Assembly: GCA_029856525.1 (NCBI GenBank)
Contig: JAHQXC010000049.1
Coordinates: forward strand, 1-10,150
From: Candidatus Odinarchaeia archaeon
GTDB taxonomy: Archaea > Asgardarchaeota > Odinarchaeia > Odinarchaeales > Odinarchaeaceae
Length of the DNA stretch: 10,150 nt
Direction of reading: 5' to 3'
Notes under the pieces: model-generated
What the model saw: the letters and a program-made list of their open reading frames with translations, nothing else
Told to the model about the DNA's origin: nothing
Databases searched by the model: none
Part shown: positions 5,064-10,150 of the stretch, in pieces
Numbering within the stretch: position 1 is the first letter of the stretch
Layout: each line of letters begins with the position of its first letter
Translations under genes and position numbers: made by a program

Positions 5064-5903
5064 ATGGAGGATATGTTGAAAGAAGACGGTGGAAATGGTT
5101 TAATAATAGGAGTTATAGGCGGATCCGGCTTCTATCACCTCTTAGATGAAGCTGAATTAAAAATTGTAGAAACCCCGTTCGGAGCTTCCCCACCATTATC
5201 GATAGGGTATATAGAAAATACTAGAGTGGTTTTTCTGCCCCGACACGCTCAGCCTGGAAGTGATAAAATAACTCATGCTTTACCCCCTCACATGATAAAT
5301 TATAAAGCGAACATATATGCTTTATACAAGTTGAAGGTTAACAGAATTATCGCAACGCATTCATGTGGAAGTGTTAGGAAAGAGATTAAACCAGGTAGTA
5401 TAGTTATACCGAACCAATTTATTGATATGACTAAAAGACGCGACTCCACTTTCTTTAACGGTGAGCTAAAACCTGAAGCTGGTCTAATACGGTCACCTAG
5501 CGTATTCCATGTAGATGTTACCAAACCCTTCTGCTCGGAGCTTAATAAAATAATATATCAGACATGTATTAAATTCGGCGTCAAACCGGTTAACGGAGGA
5601 GTTTATGTCTGCACCGAGGGACCGCGGTTCGAAACCCCTGCGGAGATTAAATTCTTTAAGAAAATAGGAGGGGATATTGTCGGGATGACGCTTATACCGG
5701 AGCTTGTATTAGCTCGTGAACTTGGAATATGCTATGCGTCAATCTCGCTTGTTTCAAATTATGCTGCAGGAGTTATTGATAGAAAAATCACTTTCAACGA
5801 GGTCATCTCCGAGTTTGAAAAGAAAAAGGATACATTATTTAAAATTTTAAGGAAAGCAGTCTCTGAAATCCCGGATAAAATAGATTGCGAATGCGAAAGA
5901 TAG
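5064..5903 (+). CDS. MTAP/PNP-family nucleoside phosphorylase, probably 6-oxopurine specific (5'-methylthioinosine phosphorylase or purine nucleoside phosphorylase type)
   Basis: Motifs IGVIGGSG, ETPFG, FLPRH, INYKANIYAL, GSV, QFIDMT, EGPRFETPAE, VGMT, LARELGICY and VSNYAAG, plus a C-terminal CEC. The start may be ATG 5073 or TTG 5076 instead, since GGAGG lies at 5066-5070. Confidence 0.9.
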   Translation: MEDMLKEDGGNGLIIGVIGGSGFYHLLDEAELKIVETPFGASPPLSIGYIENTRVVFLPRHAQPGSDKITHALPPHMINYKANIYALYKLKVNRIIATHSCGSVRKEIKPGSIVIPNQFIDMTKRRDSTFFNGELKPEAGLIRSPSVFHVDVTKPFCSELNKIIYQTCIKFGVKPVNGGVYVCTEGPRFETPAEIKFFKKIGGDIVGMTLIPELVLARELGICYASISLVSNYAAGVIDRKITFNEVISEFEKKKDTLFKILRKAVSEIPDKIDCECER

Positions 5904-5921
5904 AACTCTGCACTGTGATTC

Positions 5922-6638
5922 TTACACGTACATGCCTCTATTCCCCTCTGTATCCCTGACTTCCTGCTGCTCTATAACCTCTTTCAATTCGCGCTCAATA
6001 GTCTCAGCGTCGCTTAACAGCTGTTCAGTGTTAATATTCAAGTTACATATCCGGTTAATCACGTTAATCGCGTTTGAAGCAGCACGTGGGTCAGGTCTAC
6101 CCTGCTCAGCGTAGGGTAGCAATGCTATCCCAGGGAAGTTATGAATTTCAAAATACATTAACATGAGCGCTAAAGGTCCTGTTACGAAAAGTCCCTTCTC
6201 CAATATCTGAACACCTATATCCTGGTCTAACTTATAGTTTTTAGTGTGAATACAGCGCACTATATCGTCGCCTTCCTGCTGGAATCTATTATCTAGCCCT
6301 CCTACTAAAATCGCTTGTTTAAAACCCGATGAAATAACCCATTCTGAAACCACTCTGCTGAACTCCTTCTGCTCTAATCGATGAGGTTGAAACCTGCACA
6401 TTAACAGAACTATATTTTTATACTCGTAGAATTCGAAGGGGAAAACTAAACGGCCTTCATCCATTCCTACAAACGAAGGGTTTAAATCAGAGTCAATATA
6501 TCCTATGTAGCTGGCGCCTAATGTTTCAACAATATGCCTTGTCGTAATATAGCCTGTTACACCTATACCGTGAAACCCCGTGATGAACGTGTACCCATCA
6601 TATTTTTTCTGTGATTTAATATTTATAGAAACAGTCAC
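5922..6638 (-). CDS. PAC2-family proteasome assembly chaperone/activator (PbaA/PbaB-like)
   Basis: Motifs ITGFHGIGVTGYI, PFEFY, LVGG, GPLALML and PDPRAAS, a C-terminal helical region, and a terminal HbYX motif (M-Y-V-stop). GTG start with GGGGTGG upstream. Confidence 0.9.
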   Translation of the reverse strand: MTVSINIKSQKKYDGYTFITGFHGIGVTGYITTRHIVETLGASYIGYIDSDLNPSFVGMDEGRLVFPFEFYEYKNIVLLMCRFQPHRLEQKEFSRVVSEWVISSGFKQAILVGGLDNRFQQEGDDIVRCIHTKNYKLDQDIGVQILEKGLFVTGPLALMLMYFEIHNFPGIALLPYAEQGRPDPRAASNAINVINRICNLNINTEQLLSDAETIERELKEVIEQQEVRDTEGNRGMYV

Positions 6639-6752
6639 TAAACCACCCCGAAAACAAAAAGATTAAAATATTTTTACTCCTTTATTTTTGTAAAGTTCAA
6701 AAAAGAAATTACTGATAATTAATATAAGAGTTTCTATTTATGGTGCGGTGTG

Positions 6753-8015
6753 ATGGGTAAAATTACATGTCTTGGTGGTTGTCAAGAGGTAGGCGGCTCA
6801 GGTTTCCTGGTGAGCGCGAATAATAGAAACATTCTACTAGATTATGGAATATACCTTAGAAGAAAGAATCCTTTCCCGATAACGGTAGCTCCAAGGGACA
6901 TCGACGCTATTTTCCTCACTCATGCGCATCTAGATCACTCTGGAGCGCTACCGTTAATGTATATTACCGGTAACCCGCCTATTTACGCGACTAAGATTAC
7001 CATGGAGGTTCTAAGAGTACTACTTGAAGATTATCTTAAAATCTCTGAGGCTATTCTACCCTTCGATGAAGGCGAGATAGCTAGTATCCGTGAAAATTTT
7101 GTTAAAACATCTTACGGAGATATTATTAACGTTGGCGAAGATTTTAATGTTACTATAATAGACGCTGGGCATATTCCAGGAAGTTATATGGCCTTAATAG
7201 AAGTGAATGGTAAAAGAATCCTCTACACAGGGGATATTAACCTCAGAGATACTCTATTAGTTAAAGGGGCTAAACCTGATCTGCCTGAAATAGACTATTT
7301 AATAATGGAGAGCACATATGCTTTAACCAACCACCCGCCTCGAGAGGAATTAGAGAGAGATTTTATCAACGCTGTTAACGAGGTTGTTGAGAAAGGGGGT
7401 GTTGTATTAATACCAGCCTTCGCTTTAAGCCGCAGCCAGGAAGTTTTATGTATACTTGAAAAATATAATTTTGAAAACCAGGTTATATTAGATGGGATGG
7501 CTAGAGATATTAGTAGAATATTTTTAAGGCACCCGAAATATTTTAGAGACTTCAAATTATTAAAAGACGCGCACAGCGGCATTGAATATATTGAAAGACG
7601 TAAAACCAGAGAGATCGCTATTAAAAACAGCGGTGTTATTATCGCCCCTGCAGGTATGTTAAGCGGCGGAGCTGCATTATATTATGCTAGACAGTTAGCT
7701 GACGATGAGCGGCATGGAATATTTATTGTAGGTTATCAGCTACCGGGGACGCCTGGTAGAGTTTTACTTGAAACCGGGAAGCTGCCTGTTAACGGCGGGT
7801 TATTAGATGTTCAAGCTCAAGTGAAATACTTCGACTTCTCAGCGCATGCTGGTAGACAGGAGCTTATGGAATTTATTAAAAGCATACGCGGGAGCCCTAC
7901 CATTATACCGATCCACGGGGAACCTGAGTCCTGTAAATATTTAGCTGAGTACGCCTCTAAGGAACTAGGGTTGAATACTCTTCTACCGGCTGCCGGGGAT
8001 GTTATTGAAATATAA
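6753..8015 (+). CDS. Metallo-beta-lactamase/beta-CASP ribonuclease without KH domains (aCPSF2/aCPSF1b-like)
   Basis: LGGCQEVGGS, LLDYG, THAHLDHSGA (HxHxDH), AGHIPGS, YTGD, MESTY, PAFALSRSQE, GYQLPGTPG, FSAHAG and IHGE give the full MBL plus beta-CASP A/B/C motif set. At about 420 aa it lacks the N-terminal KH domains of aCPSF1. The start is ATG 6753 or the adjacent GTG 6750. Confidence 0.9.
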   Translation: MGKITCLGGCQEVGGSGFLVSANNRNILLDYGIYLRRKNPFPITVAPRDIDAIFLTHAHLDHSGALPLMYITGNPPIYATKITMEVLRVLLEDYLKISEAILPFDEGEIASIRENFVKTSYGDIINVGEDFNVTIIDAGHIPGSYMALIEVNGKRILYTGDINLRDTLLVKGAKPDLPEIDYLIMESTYALTNHPPREELERDFINAVNEVVEKGGVVLIPAFALSRSQEVLCILEKYNFENQVILDGMARDISRIFLRHPKYFRDFKLLKDAHSGIEYIERRKTREIAIKNSGVIIAPAGMLSGGAALYYARQLADDERHGIFIVGYQLPGTPGRVLLETGKLPVNGGLLDVQAQVKYFDFSAHAGRQELMEFIKSIRGSPTIIPIHGEPESCKYLAEYASKELGLNTLLPAAGDVIEI

Positions 8016-8028
8016 ATCGAGTTAAAAA

Positions 8029-8036
8029 TTTAAAAA
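8029..8036 (+). promoter_or_regulatory. Putative TATA box for the presenilin-like gene (leaderless)
   Basis: TTTAAAAA is preceded by an A-rich BRE-like GTTAAAAA and lies 22-29 nt upstream of ATG 8058. Confidence 0.4.
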
Positions 8037-8057
8037 TATCTTCAAGCTGGTAGTTGA

Positions 8058-8927
8058 ATGGGGCTTGAAAAAATCTCGAAAATAGACCAGTATATTCTAT
8101 TTCTAACCTTTCCGTTAATAACAATTCTAGTCTCATCCTTATGGTCCGCTCTCCTAATACCAGCTGATACTACTTATTTAACTGATTTAATACCTGAAGC
8201 GAGGGGAGGGATCACGGTAAGTTTAATCTATGCTTCAATCTTCATCTTCATCGCGTTAATCTCAGGATTTTTAATATATTATTTGATATTGAAAGATAGA
8301 AAAACGATTCTAAAATATTTTTTAGGTTTTTCCATTTCATTTGTAATAATCGTGATACTCCCAGTGTACTCCTCGCTTATACTCGAATACTTGAATTTAG
8401 ATGCTTTCACAGCTATTAGCTTATTCACGTTTTCAATAATAGCGGGTGTTATAATCGGATATATTTCAGCTTACACTGTCTTAAACGATAAAGCAAGTCA
8501 AATGCTTAGAAATATTTTCTTAGTGTTGTATAGCTCGCTTGTAAGCTCTTTCCTAGCTCTGGTTACACCGACTTTAATTCTAATATTTGTATTCATAGGA
8601 TTATCGTTATATGACATCTACTCTGTGATGAAGGGGCCTATAAGGAAAACGCTTCAAATATCTGAGAGCAAAGGGTTAAGTATTAAACTGTATGTGAGTT
8701 TTGGTTCATGGGATATTGGAGTAGGGGATTTAGTGTTCTATTCTATTTTAGTGGCACACGCTCTTCTATTCTATGGGTTAATAATATGGATTGCTTCTAT
8801 AATAGCTCTCACCGTAGGATTACTGTTCACATACCTGGTTTTAACTAGAAGAGAAGTTATTCCAGGCCTACCGATCGCTCTCCTTATAGGTATGATACCT
8901 TTAATAGCCGCTTTACTAATTTTTTAG
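8058..8927 (+). CDS. Presenilin-family (A22, GxGD-type) intramembrane aspartyl protease
   Basis: About 9 hydrophobic segments. Catalytic YD (LSLYDIYSV), GxGD (IGVGDLVFYSILV) and a PAL-like motif (PGLP) occur in the canonical order. Confidence 0.92.
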   Translation: MGLEKISKIDQYILFLTFPLITILVSSLWSALLIPADTTYLTDLIPEARGGITVSLIYASIFIFIALISGFLIYYLILKDRKTILKYFLGFSISFVIIVILPVYSSLILEYLNLDAFTAISLFTFSIIAGVIIGYISAYTVLNDKASQMLRNIFLVLYSSLVSSFLALVTPTLILIFVFIGLSLYDIYSVMKGPIRKTLQISESKGLSIKLYVSFGSWDIGVGDLVFYSILVAHALLFYGLIIWIASIIALTVGLLFTYLVLTRREVIPGLPIALLIGMIPLIAALLIF

Positions 8928-10150
8928 AGTCTAGTCAGATATCTCTCTATCTCCCATTCGCTTATACTAGCCTTGTATTCATCCCATTCTTTTCTCTTAA
9001 CTAGTAGAAAGTTTGAGAACGCCACACTGCCTAACGCCTGCTTCATAAAAGAGCTGTTTTCGAATTCGTTAAGCGCTTCGCCTAATGTCTCAGGTAAGGA
9101 TACTATTCCAAGCTTCTTTCTCTCCTCGAAGGAGAGCTTGTAAACGTTAAGATCTGTCGGCTCAGGTGGTTGAAGCTTATTTTTAACACCTTCTAATCCA
9201 GCTTGAAGTAAGACAGCTAATTGGAGATAGGGATTTCCAGCAGGGTCAGGGCATCTTATCTCGATTCGAGCGGCTGAAGGTTTCTTAGAAAAGTTTGGTA
9301 CACGTATCAGCGGCGATCTGTTTTTAAACCCCCAGGCTACGTAGACAGGGGCTTCATAACCTGGTAAAAGGCGTTTATAAGAATTAGGCCATGAAGCTAA
9401 AACCGCGCACATCTCTCTACCATATTTTAACTGGCCGGCTATAAAGTGTAACGCTGTCTCGGATAAAAAGTTTAGTTTAGAGTTTTCATCGTAGAAAAGA
9501 TTTTCACCTTTCAAAGACCATAAAGACTGGTGGACGTGCATGCCTGAACCGTTAACCCCGTAGAATGGTTTAGGCATAAATGTTGCAATGTAACCGCGCT
9601 GAGCTGCAACTGTTTTAATGATTGTTTTCATAGTAACGGTTCGATCAGCTGTCTCTAAGGCCTCCCCATATCTGAAGTCTATTTCGTTTTGACCCATAGC
9701 AACTTCATGATGTGAGACCTCTATGCTTATACCAAACTGTTCCGCTGTATCGCATATTTCACGTCTTAAATCTTCAGTTTCACCACCAGGGTTGAGATCG
9801 AAATAACCGCGTAGATCGATTGGTTTAGGTTTAGCTAAATTCTCAGTTGGGCTCATAATAAAGAATTCAAGTTCAGGAGCACAGAAGTATTTGTAACCCA
9901 TCTCCTCTGCTTTTTTAACAGCTTTATATAGAATGTAACGGGGGTCGCCTTCAAACCTTTTCATTTCAGGCGTGTAAACATCACAGATCATTCTACAAGT
10001 GGATACCTCCTCTCTACGCCACGGGATTATATTAAAAGTCGAAGGGTCTGGTATTACAATCATATCCGATTCTTCGATCTGCCCGAATCCTGTTACAGAG
10101 CTTCCGTCGAAGGCTTGACCGTTTTGTAAAGCGTCTTCAACATAACGAGT
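8924..10150 (-). CDS. glnA: Glutamine synthetase type I (GSI-alpha); 5' end lies beyond the right edge
   Basis: The frame stays open upstream of the track's ATG 10063 up to the edge (TRYVEDALQNGQAFDGSSVTGFGQIEESDM...), including the FDGSS motif. Catalytic motifs PELEFF, HHEVAMGQNEI, TFMPKP, NGSGMHVHQSL, NSYKRLLPGYEAP, NRSPLIRVP and RIEIRCPDPAGNPYL are present. The Glu of the EAP flap is retained, supporting a true GS rather than a gamma-glutamyl-polyamine ligase. Confidence 0.96.
   Translation of the reverse strand, partial: TRYVEDALQNGQAFDGSSVTGFGQIEESDMIVIPDPSTFNIIPWRREEVSTCRMICDVYTPEMKRFEGDPRYILYKAVKKAEEMGYKYFCAPELEFFIMSPTENLAKPKPIDLRGYFDLNPGGETEDLRREICDTAEQFGISIEVSHHEVAMGQNEIDFRYGEALETADRTVTMKTIIKTVAAQRGYIATFMPKPFYGVNGSGMHVHQSLWSLKGENLFYDENSKLNFLSETALHFIAGQLKYGREMCAVLASWPNSYKRLLPGYEAPVYVAWGFKNRSPLIRVPNFSKKPSAARIEIRCPDPAGNPYLQLAVLLQAGLEGVKNKLQPPEPTDLNVYKLSFEERKKLGIVSLPETLGEALNEFENSSFMKQALGSVAFSNFLLVKRKEWDEYKASISEWEIERYLTRL

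Noticed and set aside
5300-5524. 74-aa minus-strand ORF
   Set aside because: Lies entirely antisense within the phosphorylase gene and has no recognisable features.
5932-6114. 60-aa plus-strand Ser/Cys-rich ORF
   Set aside because: Antisense shadow of the PAC2 gene; the Cys residues form no metal-binding pattern.
6685-6703. TTTTTG-N7-CAAAAA inverted repeat between PAC2 and the beta-CASP gene
   Set aside because: Homopolymer arms in an AT-rich intergenic region; too weak to support.
7295-7582. 95-aa minus-strand ORF
   Set aside because: Antisense within the beta-CASP nuclease gene, with no support.
6753-8015. Calling the nuclease aCPSF1/FttA or RNase J
   Set aside because: It has no N-terminal KH domains and its motifs are CPSF-type rather than RNase J-type; only the KH-less aCPSF group is supported.
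8625-8665. C box (GTGATGA) and D box (CTGA) pair suggesting a C/D sRNA
   Set aside because: Only 41 nt with no C'/D' boxes, and it lies inside the conserved catalytic region of the presenilin CDS; expected by chance.

Overview
AT-rich, densely packed archaeal chromosomal window with 11 credible CDS, two of them cut by the window edges. No mobile element, CRISPR array, tRNA or rRNA was seen. Gene order: [nop5 5' end, -] [Mer-like LLM-B, -] [Mer-like LLM-A, -] [ECF S-component, -] <divergent promoter with a 38-bp inverted repeat> [wHTH regulator, +] [mptD, +] >< [mtd, -] <> [MTAP/PNP-family phosphorylase, +] >< [PAC2/Pba proteasome chaperone, -] <> [beta-CASP nuclease, +] [presenilin-like protease, +] >< [glnA, 5'-truncated, -]. 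Nop5, Mtd, MptD, the PAC2 protein and TATA/BRE promoters establish an archaeon. The eukaryote-like presenilin together with H4MPT genes suggests an Asgard or TACK-related non-methanogen (inference). The most interesting element is a self-contained divergon at 432-4074. It has an ECF vitamin-type transporter S-component and two tightly coupled, non-canonical Mer-like oxidoreductases on one arm, a wHTH regulator and the pterin-biosynthesis enzyme MptD on the other, a phased operator-like palindrome between them, and mtd directly adjacent. It is a candidate pterin/C1-cofactor uptake, salvage and regulation system. All family calls come from motif recognition by eye; no database search was run.
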